Origin: Verrucomicrobiota bacterium
Lineage (GTDB): Bacteria > Verrucomicrobiota > Verrucomicrobiia > Limisphaerales > Palsa-1400
Direction of reading: 5' to 3'
Length of the DNA stretch: 64,000 nucleotides
NCBI GenBank assembly: GCA_049510745.1
Contig: JBEKYR010000011.1
Span: 1-64,000 of the forward strand
The notes below the pieces were generated by a model, which was not told the origin of the DNA, made no database searches, and worked only from the letters and a program-made list of their open reading frames with translations. Below, piece after piece: positions 1 to 9,930 of the stretch. Every line of letters begins with the position of its first letter. Positions within the stretch are counted from its first letter, which is position 1. Made by a program: the position numbers and the translations under genes.

Positions 1-100
1 CTATCCGTGGTTGCCTTCGTTTGGTTGCGACTTCCCGCGCTGTGCCCTTTGCGCCTCCGAAAACCCGCCAAGGAAGCCGGAACCAACCTGGAAAACGAAT

Positions 101-180
101 CGAAAAACCCGGACAAATCCGGAAAAATCCGGGTAAATCCGGCTAAATCCGGCTAAATCCGGCTAAATCGGGCCAAAAAA
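101..180. repeat. 10-bp tandem repeat (consensus ggctaaatcc, about 6-8 degenerate units)
   Basis: ggacaaatcc ggaaaaatcc gggtaaatcc ggctaaatcc ggctaaatcc ggctaaatcg read directly at 111-170. Confidence 0.9.
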
Positions 181-298
181 TGAAAATCTAAAAAATACCC
201 GGAACCGGCGACGGCGACCGGAGACGATAAACCTCCTGAGCACCGCGCAATTGCGCTTGCCTGGAGGAAAAGCCGGCGCATTATTCCAGCGTTGTCTT

Positions 299-1291
299 AT
301 GAATAAAACGCCAATTCGAGTTGCGGTGACCGGCGCGGCCGGCGCCATCGGTTATTCCATTTTGTTTCGCATCGCTGCGGGCGAGTTGTTCGGCCCGAAA
401 CAACCGGTCATCCTGCATCTGGTCGATATTCCCGACGCCTTGCCCGCGTTGCAGGGAGTCATCATGGAGCTGGAGGATTGCGCGTCGCCGGCGTTGCAGA
501 AGCTCGTCGCCACGGCGGACCTGGAGGAAGGCTTCCGCGGCATCAACTGGGCGCTGCTCATCGGCAGCGTGTCGCGCAAACCGGGCATGGAACGAAAGGA
601 TTTGCTCGCCATCAACGGCAGGATTTTCACCGGCCAGGGCCAGGCGCTGCAAAAGCACGCCGCCAAAGACGTCCGCATCCTGGTCGTCGGCAATCCCTGC
701 AATACCAATTGCCTCATCGCCATGAACAGCGCGCCGGAAATTCCCGCCCAGCGCTGGTTCGCCATGACGCGCCTGGATGAAAACCGCGCCAAGGCGCAAT
801 TGGCCAAAAAGGCCGGCGCCGCCATTTCCGCGGTGTCGAACCTCGGCGTCTGGGGCAATCACAGCCCGACGATGTTTCCGGATTTTTATCACGCCAAAAT
901 CAACGGCCAGTCGGCGCCGGCGGTGATCGGGGACGAGAACTGGCTCCAGACGGATTTCGTCACGACCGTCGCGCAACGGGGCACCTCCGTGCTCAACGCG
1001 CGCAAAGCCGGCAGCGCCGCCAGCGCGGCCAACGCCGCCCTCGACTGCGTCAAGTCGATTATCAAGCCCACTCCCGCCGGGGATTGGCACAGCGTCTGTG
1101 TCCTCTCCGACGGCAGCTACGGAATTGACCCGGGCCTGGTTTGTTCCTTCCCCGTGCGCAGCGACGGGCAGGCCTTGAGCATCGTCCAGGGTCTGGACGT
1201 GAACGAATTCGCGCGCGGGAAAATCACCGCCTCTGTCAACGAATTGAAGGGGGAAAGGGCGACGGCGGCGGAATTGGGGCTGGTGCGCTGA
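299..1291 (+). CDS. mdh: Malate dehydrogenase
   Basis: VAVTGAAGAIGY Rossmann motif, RKPGMERKDLL, VVGNPCNTN, MTRLDENRA, WGNHS; start moved to ATG 299. Confidence 0.95.
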   Translation: MNKTPIRVAVTGAAGAIGYSILFRIAAGELFGPKQPVILHLVDIPDALPALQGVIMELEDCASPALQKLVATADLEEGFRGINWALLIGSVSRKPGMERKDLLAINGRIFTGQGQALQKHAAKDVRILVVGNPCNTNCLIAMNSAPEIPAQRWFAMTRLDENRAKAQLAKKAGAAISAVSNLGVWGNHSPTMFPDFYHAKINGQSAPAVIGDENWLQTDFVTTVAQRGTSVLNARKAGSAASAANAALDCVKSIIKPTPAGDWHSVCVLSDGSYGIDPGLVCSFPVRSDGQALSIVQGLDVNEFARGKITASVNELKGERATAAELGLVR

Positions 1292-1792
1292 TTACTTGAC
1301 GTGGCGATGGGCCAGGCCGCGCTCGGTTTGTTTTTGGCGGAAGTTTTCGTAGGCCCGGCGGATGTGGGGATGCTTGTTGCCGAGGATGGCGGCGGCCAGC
1401 AGGGCGGCATTGATCGCGCCGGGTTTGCCGATGGCCAGCGTTCCCACCGGCACGCCCCCGGGCATCTGCACCATCGACAACAACGAATCCATCCCGTGCA
1501 ACGATTTTGATTCCATCGGCACGCCGAGCACCGGCAGGCAGGTTTTTGCCGCCGTCACGCCGGCCAGATGGGCCGCGCCGCCGGCCGCCGCGATGACCAC
1601 TTCCAGCCCGCGCGCCGCCGCCGTGGAGGCCCATTCAAAGAGCAAGTCCGGCGTGCGATGGGCGGAGATGACCTGCACCTCGAAGGGGATCTGCAACTCG
1701 GCCAGTTGACTGGCGGCATGTTGCATCGTCTCCCAATCGGATTGACTGCCCATGATAACGCCGACCAACGGATGATTCTCTGATTCCGACAT
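1292..1792 (-). CDS. purE: N5-carboxyaminoimidazole ribonucleotide mutase
   Basis: [34 protein letters not shown] motifs. Confidence 0.95.
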   Translation of the reverse strand: MSESENHPLVGVIMGSQSDWETMQHAASQLAELQIPFEVQVISAHRTPDLLFEWASTAAARGLEVVIAAAGGAAHLAGVTAAKTCLPVLGVPMESKSLHGMDSLLSMVQMPGGVPVGTLAIGKPGAINAALLAAAILGNKHPHIRRAYENFRQKQTERGLAHRHVK

Positions 1793-1806
1793 GCGGGCGA
1801 GAGTCT

Positions 1807-1839
1807 AAAGTGCAAAGTGCAGAGTGCAAAGTGCAAAGT
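1807..1839. repeat. 7-bp tandem repeat (aaagtgc, about 4-5 units) just after the dsbD stop
   Basis: taaagtgcaaagtgcagagtgcaaagtgcaaagt. Confidence 0.8.
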
Positions 1840-3963
1840 TCAAGGCACGGCCCGGTCGAGGGCGTTGAGGACAATGGACGGGGTCAGGAGCACGGGCAGG
1901 ACCTGCGGTTCCTTGGCCTCGTCCTTGGAATAGACCAGCACCAGCGGAACTCCGTCGCGATGGAACCGCTCCAATTCGCGGGCGATGGCCGGGTCTTGCC
2001 GCGTGAAATCGCCCTCGAAGGCCACCGCCCCGATTTGCCGGAGCTTCGCCCGCGTGCGGTCAATTTCCAGGCTCGACCGTTTGTTGACTTGACAGGTCAG
2101 GCAGCTTTTGGCGGTGAAATCCACCAAGGCGGGATGACCGGCGCGCTGGGCGGCCTCGACGGCTTGGCGGCTCCAGACGTTCCACTGGATTGCCTCCTTG
2201 TCGGGCTTGCTCTGGAGGAGGAGGCCGGCGTCAGCCGCCAGCAGCGCCAGGGAGATCAACGCCGCCAGACCCCGGCGGCGGGCGCCGCGTTGCACAAACT
2301 GGCCCCACACCCACGCCGCCAGGGCCAGCACGACCAGAAACAGCCCCAGCCAGAGCACGTCGTCGCCGCCGTTGGCGGAAAGCCACATCAGCCACACGGC
2401 GGTGGCGAGCATGGGGAAGCCGAGGGCGACTTTGAATTGCTCCATCCAGGCGCCCGGTTTGGGCAGCAGTTTCAGCCAGCGCGGTTCCCAACAGAGCAGG
2501 ACAAACGGGAAGGCAAAGCCCGCCCCCGCCGCCGCAAACACCAGGACGATGACCAGAGGCGGTTGGGTGAAGGCGTAAGCGAGCGCTCCGGCCAGATACG
2601 GCGCGGTGCAGGGCGTGGCCAGCAGGGTGGCGAGCACGCCGTTGCAAAACGCGCCCGAATATCCCTGGCGCGAGGCCAGCTCGCCGGCGGCGCTGGTGGC
2701 GCGGGCGCTCACGGTAACCTCGAAGAGGCCGAAAAGGTTCAGCGCAATCAGCGTCACCAGGATGGTCAGCCCGACCTGCACCTGTGGAACGCGAAAGACG
2801 TCTCCCCAATTGGGCACGCCGCCGGCCTGCTTGACGCCGATGGCCAGCCCGGCAAAAATTATAAATGACGCAAGCACTCCCACCGCATAAACCATGCCCA
2901 GATTCCGCACCCGGCGGGGTTGCTCCGCCGATTGTCTGACAAAGCCGAGGATTTTCAGGGCGATGACAGGCAGCACGCAGGGCATGAAGTTGAGGATCAG
3001 TCCCCCCAGGAAGGCCAGCGCCAGCCTGAACGCCAGCGCTCCAGCCGGGGCCGGCGGCGGGGCCGCGACCGGGGCCGGGGCCTTGACCGCCAGATCGACC
3101 TCCACTCCGACCGGGTCGGCCGAATCGACTTTGCCCACCAGGATACCTTCGAGACGGTCCGGCCAGCCGCCATCGTTGGTCTTGACGATCTTGCGCAGGC
3201 GACTGGCGGACGCCCCGCCTGGCAGCGTTTCGGTTGCGCCCGCGACTTCAAAATTGGTGCTCGCGTAGGGATAAAAATCCGCCGGGGCGAGGTTCGTTTT
3301 CCAGGCGATGATTACGGGCCGCGCATTGGTCCGCGCGGGGCCGCCTTCCCAAGAAGCCCCGGCGGCGTCGGGAGCGGCGGCGGGTGGAACTTTCCTGCGC
3401 CATTGCTCCAGCAGGGGAGCGCTGGGCGACGGTTTGGTTTCGCTGGCGACGGCCAGGGTCGCGTTAAGATTCGCATCGGCCATCACGCAAACATCCGAGC
3501 ACTCCATCCAATGCACGGAGGCCTTGAGGGCGAGCGGGCCGGGCGGCAGGTCCTTGGCCAGCGTGATGGGTGTCAACAATACGACTTCGCGGGTATAGAC
3601 GTAAGTGACCAGGGCGGTGTCACCCGCCTGCTCCACCAACTTCGCTGGAATGGGCCAGTTAATGTCCCCGGCCGAGGCGCCGGGCGGGAGCGTCCAGGTG
3701 ATTTTCGTCGGCTCGCCCGCGTCGCCTCCGTTGCGCCAATAGGTATGCCAGGGCGGCGGCATGTCCATTTTGAGGCCGGCCCAAACGGTGTCGCCCGCCC
3801 GCGCCGACTCAGCGGACAAGAGCAATTGAACGTGAGTTTTCGGCGCCGGGAAACCGGGGCAAGCGAACGCGGCCGCCAGAAAAACGGCCAGCCCCGCCAC
3901 GCGCAAAAAAAACCGGCTTACAGCACACACGGCCCAATATGCCCGTGCTCTCACCAATCGCAA
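1840..3963 (-). CDS. dsbD: Protein-disulfide reductase, DsbD family (start uncertain)
   Basis: WHTYWRN and CSDVC in the N-domain, LNFMPCVLP and ATPCTAP in the TM domain, C-terminal thioredoxin VDFTAKSCLTC. Confidence 0.9.
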   Translation of the reverse strand: MRLVRARAYWAVCAVSRFFLRVAGLAVFLAAAFACPGFPAPKTHVQLLLSAESARAGDTVWAGLKMDMPPPWHTYWRNGGDAGEPTKITWTLPPGASAGDINWPIPAKLVEQAGDTALVTYVYTREVVLLTPITLAKDLPPGPLALKASVHWMECSDVCVMADANLNATLAVASETKPSPSAPLLEQWRRKVPPAAAPDAAGASWEGGPARTNARPVIIAWKTNLAPADFYPYASTNFEVAGATETLPGGASASRLRKIVKTNDGGWPDRLEGILVGKVDSADPVGVEVDLAVKAPAPVAAPPPAPAGALAFRLALAFLGGLILNFMPCVLPVIALKILGFVRQSAEQPRRVRNLGMVYAVGVLASFIIFAGLAIGVKQAGGVPNWGDVFRVPQVQVGLTILVTLIALNLFGLFEVTVSARATSAAGELASRQGYSGAFCNGVLATLLATPCTAPYLAGALAYAFTQPPLVIVLVFAAAGAGFAFPFVLLCWEPRWLKLLPKPGAWMEQFKVALGFPMLATAVWLMWLSANGGDDVLWLGLFLVVLALAAWVWGQFVQRGARRRGLAALISLALLAADAGLLLQSKPDKEAIQWNVWSRQAVEAAQRAGHPALVDFTAKSCLTCQVNKRSSLEIDRTRAKLRQIGAVAFEGDFTRQDPAIARELERFHRDGVPLVLVYSKDEAKEPQVLPVLLTPSIVLNALDRAVP

Positions 3964-4118
3964 AGCGTAAATCGCGGTGTCCCTTTGAGGGCTGAAAAAG
4001 GCCGAACCAAAAGCAATTCAAGGGCGGCGATAGTACGGCACCGGGCGGAGCCGTCATTATAAAGCGAAGCCTCTTTTCTATTCGGAAAGAGAAATCACTC
4101 GTCGTATGTTCTCTTGTT

Positions 4119-4412
4119 ATGGGGAAATTGGTTAAACCGACGCTCGTTTGTGCCTGCGCTCTTTTGGCAGCGTGGGTGCTCGCAAGCGCATGGCTACATC
4201 TCTCCTATTGCGCAAATCTTCCAAGTGCGCCGGATGAGCGAACGGGACACACTTTCCGCATGATCGTAAATCATGGCTTCGTTCGCTACGGCACAGAACG
4301 ACAGCTTCATGCCTTTGAAGCGGTCGAGGACGCTTCGCCAATTGTGGGGACTGTGTTTGTCTTTGCCATATTGATTGGTGTATTTTCGGGCCAAGTCCCG
4401 ATACGGAAATAA
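4119..4412 (+). CDS. Small membrane protein, hypothetical
   Basis: 97-aa ORF with two hydrophobic segments; lower-GC stretch. Confidence 0.55.
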   Translation: MGKLVKPTLVCACALLAAWVLASAWLHLSYCANLPSAPDERTGHTFRMIVNHGFVRYGTERQLHAFEAVEDASPIVGTVFVFAILIGVFSGQVPIRK

Positions 4413-4731
4413 TTAGACGAAGTTGAGAATATTAACGTCGGAACACTGCAAAACCCTGTCGCTTCATTGTATCCCGCAATTGTATCAGGTTTGCTGTTTT
4501 TTGCGGGTTTTTGGGTGTTTTTCGGTTCTTTCAGGATGGCCAACAACCTTGCGTAACCCCTTGTGGCCGTTGTCCGGACGCTTTTTTCGAGGCTTTCACG
4601 AATCTGCTGTCGTAAATCCGGCTGTTTTGCCCGCCCGGAACGCCGGCCTTGACACGAGGGCCAGCTTACGGGATCGGTTTTTGTTATTCCCCGGACGGCC
4701 ATTGATCCGCTCCGCGGCCAGGGGTTTATGT

Positions 4732-5382
4732 TCAGACCGTCACCCGTTCTGGAACGGTGACGGGCGCAGCAGCGGCCCTGGTCAGCAGCACATCAAGACG
4801 CTCCAGGCAAAAGCGGGACCATGATTCGTAACCTGACGGATCTTTCACGGCGTCGGCAATCGGGATAAATTCAGGACCCACGATCCCGCTGCGGCGGCTG
4901 GCGACGCTCTCGTCGGGGACGCGCACAACATGGACGACTCCGAAATGCACGTATCCAACCTCTGTGCTGTCATCATTGATCGCGGCCACCGCCGGGGCGT
5001 GCGCCGCATTAATTGCGACCTCCTCCATCAATTCGCGCCGCATACTCTCCTGGTAACCGCGGTTGCTTGAGAAAAGTTCATGGTCTTCCTCCGAGATGTG
5101 CCCCCCAATGCCGACGGAATACAATCCGTGCAGCCGCGTTTCCTGCCCGCCCTTGCCCCGCCGGTATCGCAATATCTTGTCGTCACAGATCACCAGGACG
5201 TAGGGGATGAGTTGTTTGTAGCGCCTGTCCTGGTCGGCGTCGCTCCGGTTCCGGTACACCAACTGTGAATTCGAGGTGAGAACGGGCAGGTATTTCTCGA
5301 CTTCCAGGCTGAGGCCCTGAAACACGCCCAGCTCTTCGAGAAGTTTCCGTTCAAAACAAAGCACTCTTTCTTCTGTGGCCAT
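4732..5382 (-). CDS. NUDIX-family phosphoesterase
   Basis: YKQLIPY, ETRLHGLYSVGIGGHI, RELMEEV Nudix-box-like, NDDSTEVGYVHFG. Confidence 0.85.
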   Translation of the reverse strand: MATEERVLCFERKLLEELGVFQGLSLEVEKYLPVLTSNSQLVYRNRSDADQDRRYKQLIPYVLVICDDKILRYRRGKGGQETRLHGLYSVGIGGHISEEDHELFSSNRGYQESMRRELMEEVAINAAHAPAVAAINDDSTEVGYVHFGVVHVVRVPDESVASRRSGIVGPEFIPIADAVKDPSGYESWSRFCLERLDVLLTRAAAAPVTVPERVTV

Positions 5383-5508
5383 TCGCTTAGCTGCCTTTCT
5401 GAGTTGCGGTTCTCTCAACAGTGAGGACGCCCCATATCTTCCACGAGCAAAAAGCAGTTTTTTTTGTTCACGCGTTATTCAACGGTTATTCACATTCCGG
5501 CTGCATTC

Positions 5509-6903
5509 TCAGGCGCCCGCTTTCCAGCCGAAGAGTTTTCGTTCGCGAATGATTTGGGCGACCTGCGGCGGGACCATGGTTTCCCAGGCGGCGTCGCCGG
5601 CGCGCAGCTTCTGCAGGACGTCGCGCGAGAAGATGGGCAGCACCCGCTCGTCGTAATCCCGTAGGCCCTCGATGAAACGGTTTTCCACCAGGTAGGCGTG
5701 CAAAGGCCGGAGGTTGGGCGCGACCCGCAAATTGCCGGCGGTGATCAGGGCGCCGGTTTTCGCCTCCAACAGGGGATAGACGTAAAGTTTGAGGTCGTTT
5801 TTAAACATCCGGCCAAACGACTCCAAAATGCCCCCGGCCAGGTCCGTGTAGTATTTTTCGTCGAAAATTTCCTTCAAGGTCGGCACGCCCACCGCCAGGC
5901 CGATCATTTTTTTGGTGTAGCGGAAGAAATAGGCCGCCAGGCGGTGGTATTCGCCGAAGTTCGAGATCAAAACGGTCTTGCCCAGCGCGCCGAGAATATC
6001 GACGCGTTCCAGAAAATCCTGGTGATCGATTTTGTCGCCGTCAGTGAGGTTTTTCAGGGTCATTTCCATCAACGTGAGCACTTCCTCGCCCTGCACATTG
6101 GGTTCCTGCACGAAGACCGCCTGGGCGCACTTGAGCATGTCGAGGGTCACTTTGGTCACGGGCCGGAAACTGCCGCGCTCGACCAGGATGCACTTTTTGT
6201 AAAAGGCGTCGGCCGGCTGGATGACCTGGCCGTCGGAGGTGAACAAGGCGGCGTTGGTCAGGCCGCTTTGCACCAGTTGCAGCGCCATGAGGCGGTTGTC
6301 CACGCGGGCAAAGGCCGGGCCGGAAAACTGGATCATATCGACTTCGATCCGGTCCGCCCCCACGTTATCGACCAGCGAGACGATCAAGGCCGCCGGGTCG
6401 GCGTGCAGGAACATCGCGCCATGCACCAGGTTGACGCCGGCAATGCCCAGCGCTTCCTGCTCCGGCAAATTCTCTTTGTCCCACAGCCGGACGTGGACAA
6501 TGATCTGGGAGGGTTCGCAGCCCGGCTCGGTTTGAAAGCGAATGCCCAGCCAGCCGTGCGCGTCGTCGCGCCGCGAATAGCTCCGCGCCACCACGGTGTC
6601 GGCGAAGACGAAGAATCTGGTGGTCGCGCCGCGGATCTGGCCGAGGCGTTCGCGGAGCAGGCCGTATTCGTGATCGAGCATCGTTTCCAGCCGCTGGCGG
6701 CTGACATAACGCTCGGCATGGCCGTAAATGGCGTCGCTGATGGTCATGTCGTAGGCGGAAATGGTCTTGGCGATGGTGCCGGCGGCGCCGCCCACGCGAA
6801 AGAACCAGCGGGCGACTTCCTGCCCCGCGCCAATTTCCGCGAAGGTGCCGTACTTGGAGGGGTCCAGGTTGATCTGGAGCGCCTTTTGATGGGTGTCTAT
6901 CAT
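5509..6903 (-). CDS. Conserved cytoplasmic protein, nucleotidyltransferase-like family (often mis-annotated as TonB-dependent receptor)
   Basis: YGTFAEIGAGQEVARWFF, RYVSRQRL, ERGSFRPVT motifs; no signal peptide or beta-barrel pattern. Confidence 0.75.
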   Translation of the reverse strand: MIDTHQKALQINLDPSKYGTFAEIGAGQEVARWFFRVGGAAGTIAKTISAYDMTISDAIYGHAERYVSRQRLETMLDHEYGLLRERLGQIRGATTRFFVFADTVVARSYSRRDDAHGWLGIRFQTEPGCEPSQIIVHVRLWDKENLPEQEALGIAGVNLVHGAMFLHADPAALIVSLVDNVGADRIEVDMIQFSGPAFARVDNRLMALQLVQSGLTNAALFTSDGQVIQPADAFYKKCILVERGSFRPVTKVTLDMLKCAQAVFVQEPNVQGEEVLTLMEMTLKNLTDGDKIDHQDFLERVDILGALGKTVLISNFGEYHRLAAYFFRYTKKMIGLAVGVPTLKEIFDEKYYTDLAGGILESFGRMFKNDLKLYVYPLLEAKTGALITAGNLRVAPNLRPLHAYLVENRFIEGLRDYDERVLPIFSRDVLQKLRAGDAAWETMVPPQVAQIIRERKLFGWKAGA

Positions 6904-6934
6904 TGCGCGAGCGACGTGTTGGAATAAGTCCGGT

Positions 6935-8275
6935 TCAGAGCCTGGCCAGCGCGGCGCCGAGGGTGTCAATTAAAAAATCCGCGTCGGCCGCGGTCAGGCA
7001 CATCGGGGGCGCGATGCGGAGGGTTTGCCCCCACAATCCGCCTTTGCCCACGAGCAGGCCCAGGTCGCGGCAGGTTTCGGCGACTTGCGCGGTTTCCGCC
7101 TTGGCCGGCTCCTTGGTCCGGCGGTCTTTGACCAGTTCCAGGCCCAGCAGCAGGCCCTTGCCGCGAACGTCGCCGACAATGTTGTGCCTGGCCTTGATCT
7201 TTTTCAGGCCGGCCGCGATGCGGGCGCCGATGCGGAGCGCGTTGGCCTGGAGGTTCTCCCGCTCAATCACTTCCAGAACCGCCCGGCCTTGCGCGCACAC
7301 GACCGGGTTGCCGCCAAAGGTGTTGAAATGGATGCGTTGCGTCACCGCCGCCGCAATCTGCGGGGTCGTGACCACCGCCCCCAAGGGGCAGCCGTTGCCG
7401 ATGCCTTTGGCCATCGTGACAATGTCGGGAATCACGCCCTGCGTTTCAAATCCCCAAAAGTGCGAACCCGTCCGCCCAAAACCCGTCTGCACTTCGTCGG
7501 CGATGCACACGCCGCCCGCCGCCCGGACGTGTTCGTAGGCGTGCCGGAGGTAGCCGTCGGGAAACACGATGCACCCGCCCACGCCTTGAATCGATTCGGC
7601 GATGAAGGCCGCCACGCGCCCGGAGGTGGCGTAGTCAATCAAACTTTTGACATCGGCCGCGAAATTCCTGCCCGCCTCCGGGTCGGCGCGGCCCCAGGCG
7701 CCGCGATACGGGTCCGGCGCCAGGGCGTGATGCACGCCGAAACTGTGCGGGACGTTGAACTTCCAGGTGCTGTGGGCGGTCAGTCCCATGGAAGAGAGGT
7801 TGCCGCCGTGGTAACAGTTGCGCAGGGCGATGGCATCGAAATTCCCGGTGCAGGCCCGCGCCATGAGCAGCGCCAGGTCGGTCGCCTCGGAGCCGGAATT
7901 GACGAAGTAGCAGACCTTCAACCGGCCCGGCATTTTGGACGCCAGTTTTTCGGCGTATTGGGCAACGTTGGGATGCAGATAAATCGTCGTGGAGTGCTGT
8001 AGCGTCTCGTTTTGGCGCCGCGCGGCCTCGACGACGTGCGGATGGCAATGGCCGACGCTGACGGTGACGATGCCGCCCAGGCCGTCGAGATAGCGGCGGC
8101 CCTGGTCGTCAAAGACATACTGCCCCTTGCCCTCGACGAGCATCAGCGGTTTTTTGTAATAGAGGAAGATGCCCGGATTGAGAAATTCGCGGCGCAGTTT
8201 CAAGACTTCGGCGGCGGACGGGCCGGTGTAGGGTCTGGGTTGGCAGTCGCACGGGGGCAGGACCGGAGTTTTCAT
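6935..8275 (-). CDS. Class III PLP aminotransferase (alanine-glyoxylate aminotransferase 2-like)
   Basis: [35 protein letters not shown]. Confidence 0.9.
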   Translation of the reverse strand: MKTPVLPPCDCQPRPYTGPSAAEVLKLRREFLNPGIFLYYKKPLMLVEGKGQYVFDDQGRRYLDGLGGIVTVSVGHCHPHVVEAARRQNETLQHSTTIYLHPNVAQYAEKLASKMPGRLKVCYFVNSGSEATDLALLMARACTGNFDAIALRNCYHGGNLSSMGLTAHSTWKFNVPHSFGVHHALAPDPYRGAWGRADPEAGRNFAADVKSLIDYATSGRVAAFIAESIQGVGGCIVFPDGYLRHAYEHVRAAGGVCIADEVQTGFGRTGSHFWGFETQGVIPDIVTMAKGIGNGCPLGAVVTTPQIAAAVTQRIHFNTFGGNPVVCAQGRAVLEVIERENLQANALRIGARIAAGLKKIKARHNIVGDVRGKGLLLGLELVKDRRTKEPAKAETAQVAETCRDLGLLVGKGGLWGQTLRIAPPMCLTAADADFLIDTLGAALARL

Positions 8276-8367
8276 ATGTCGCAATTCAGTTTCGTGTCAA
8301 TTCGAGCGCATTGGCCGCGGCCGTGGCGGCGGGCGAAGGATAGGAACTAATTTTCGAATTTCAAATT

Positions 8368-9156
8368 TCAAATTTGTTCATAGGCGGCCCGCACCTGTTC
8401 CTGGCCGTGGGCCGCTTCCAGACGCATGACGATGAAATGGCCGCGGGCCATGTCCTGGAAGTGCGCGGTGAAGATTACGTTGATGATCCCGCCGCCGGCC
8501 GCGCCGAGGATCGGCACCGCCTTGGCCGCCACTTCCTCGGAAACGACCACGCCAAAGCGCGCGGCGATCTGGGCAATCAGCCGCGCGATGGCCGGGGCGC
8601 TTTCGCGCACGGCCCCCTTTTGCGCCAGGTAGGCGGCGGCCTCCGAAATCGTCTGGCTCAACGCCGCGCGCGTGGCCCAATAGGCGCTGCCCGCCGTTTC
8701 CTTGCCGCCGAAGGCGAAGACTTCCAGGCACGCCAGTTTGATTTCGATGCGTGAGAGATCGTGCCCCTCGCTGCGCGCGATGTCGGCGATGGACCGCAGC
8801 ATGATGGTGGTCGAAAGGGGCAGTTCGACGGGCAGGGCGGCCAAACCGAAGGCGCCGCCAATCCCGCCGGACGCGCCCGCCATGACTTTGTGAAAAAGTT
8901 CGCGGGAACCGGGGCGCTTCCGCCGGCCCAGCGTCGCGAGCGCGACCGTCAAGGCCTTCATCAGGGCGGCGTGCGCGGCTTTGTTGACAGCCTTGTTCCA
9001 GCCCTTGGGCAGCAAGGCGAAGCCCTTTTCGAGCGGCGAGCCGACGGTGTTGGCCAGGCGGATGGCCAGGCGCGGGTTTTCCAGGAGCGCTTTCGCCCGC
9101 GCGAGTTCGCGCAACTCGCTTTTTTCGAGCGGGCCAATGATCGGCGGTTTGTCCAT
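8368..9156 (-). CDS. EcsC family protein
   Basis: GGAFGLAALPVELPLSTTIMLRSIADIARSEG, HFIVMRLE. Confidence 0.85.
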   Translation of the reverse strand: MDKPPIIGPLEKSELRELARAKALLENPRLAIRLANTVGSPLEKGFALLPKGWNKAVNKAAHAALMKALTVALATLGRRKRPGSRELFHKVMAGASGGIGGAFGLAALPVELPLSTTIMLRSIADIARSEGHDLSRIEIKLACLEVFAFGGKETAGSAYWATRAALSQTISEAAAYLAQKGAVRESAPAIARLIAQIAARFGVVVSEEVAAKAVPILGAAGGGIINVIFTAHFQDMARGHFIVMRLEAAHGQEQVRAAYEQI

Positions 9157-9322
9157 CCGGGCTATCATGCCATGCCGGCGGCGCAGGCTCAATGGCTGGC
9201 TTTTATCGAAGCAGGGCAATTGGCAGGAACAGTTTGGACGGGCGCATTGGAATTTTTCGGGCAAATTGTAATTGCCTCGGCCGCCCGCCGGTTGTTAGCT
9301 GAATCCAGAAAGGGCATTCTGT

Positions 9323-9922
9323 ATGTCAATGACGTTCGCGGTATTGCTGGTTCTTCTGGTGGCGGTCATAGCCGCGCTGATTTTCGCCGTCGGCGACTAC
9401 AACCGGCTGGTGTCGCTGCGCAACCGTTTCAAAAACGCCTACGCCCAGATCGACGTGCAACTCAAGCGCCGTTATGACCTGATTCCCAACCTGGTCGAAA
9501 TCGCCAAGGGTTATTTGAAGCACGAACGCGGCACGCTGGAAGAGGTGATCGCCGCCCGCAACGCGGCCTCGGCCGCCAATGCCAGGGCCGCCGCCAACCC
9601 GGGCGAGGCCGGTGCCATGAAGGAAATCTCCGGCGCGGAATCGGCCCTGGCCGGAAGCCTCGGGCGGTTGCTGGCGGTGGCGGAGGCCTATCCCGACCTC
9701 AAGGCCAACACGCTCATGAGCAACCTGATGGAGGAACTGACCTCGACGGAAAACCGGGTGTCGTTCGCCCGCCAGGCCTACAACGATGCCGTCATGCTCT
9801 ACAACACGCAGTGCCAGGTGTTCCCCTCCAATCTCATCGCGGGCGCGTTTGGTTTCGGGCCGGCCGAATTCTTTACAATTGACAAACCGGAGGAGAAGGC
9901 GCCGGCGGCGGTGAGCTTTTAG
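9323..9922 (+). CDS. lemA: LemA family protein
   Basis: N-terminal TM, QIDVQLKRRYDLIPNLV, EAYPDLKAN, FARQAYND. Confidence 0.95.
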   Translation: MSMTFAVLLVLLVAVIAALIFAVGDYNRLVSLRNRFKNAYAQIDVQLKRRYDLIPNLVEIAKGYLKHERGTLEEVIAARNAASAANARAAANPGEAGAMKEISGAESALAGSLGRLLAVAEAYPDLKANTLMSNLMEELTSTENRVSFARQAYNDAVMLYNTQCQVFPSNLIAGAFGFGPAEFFTIDKPEEKAPAAVSF

Positions 9923-9930
9923 CGACGGCC

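Noticed and set aside
4413..4731. ORFs 4423-4824 and 4307-4702
   Set aside because: No coherent protein; may be a decayed small membrane-protein gene but cannot be supported
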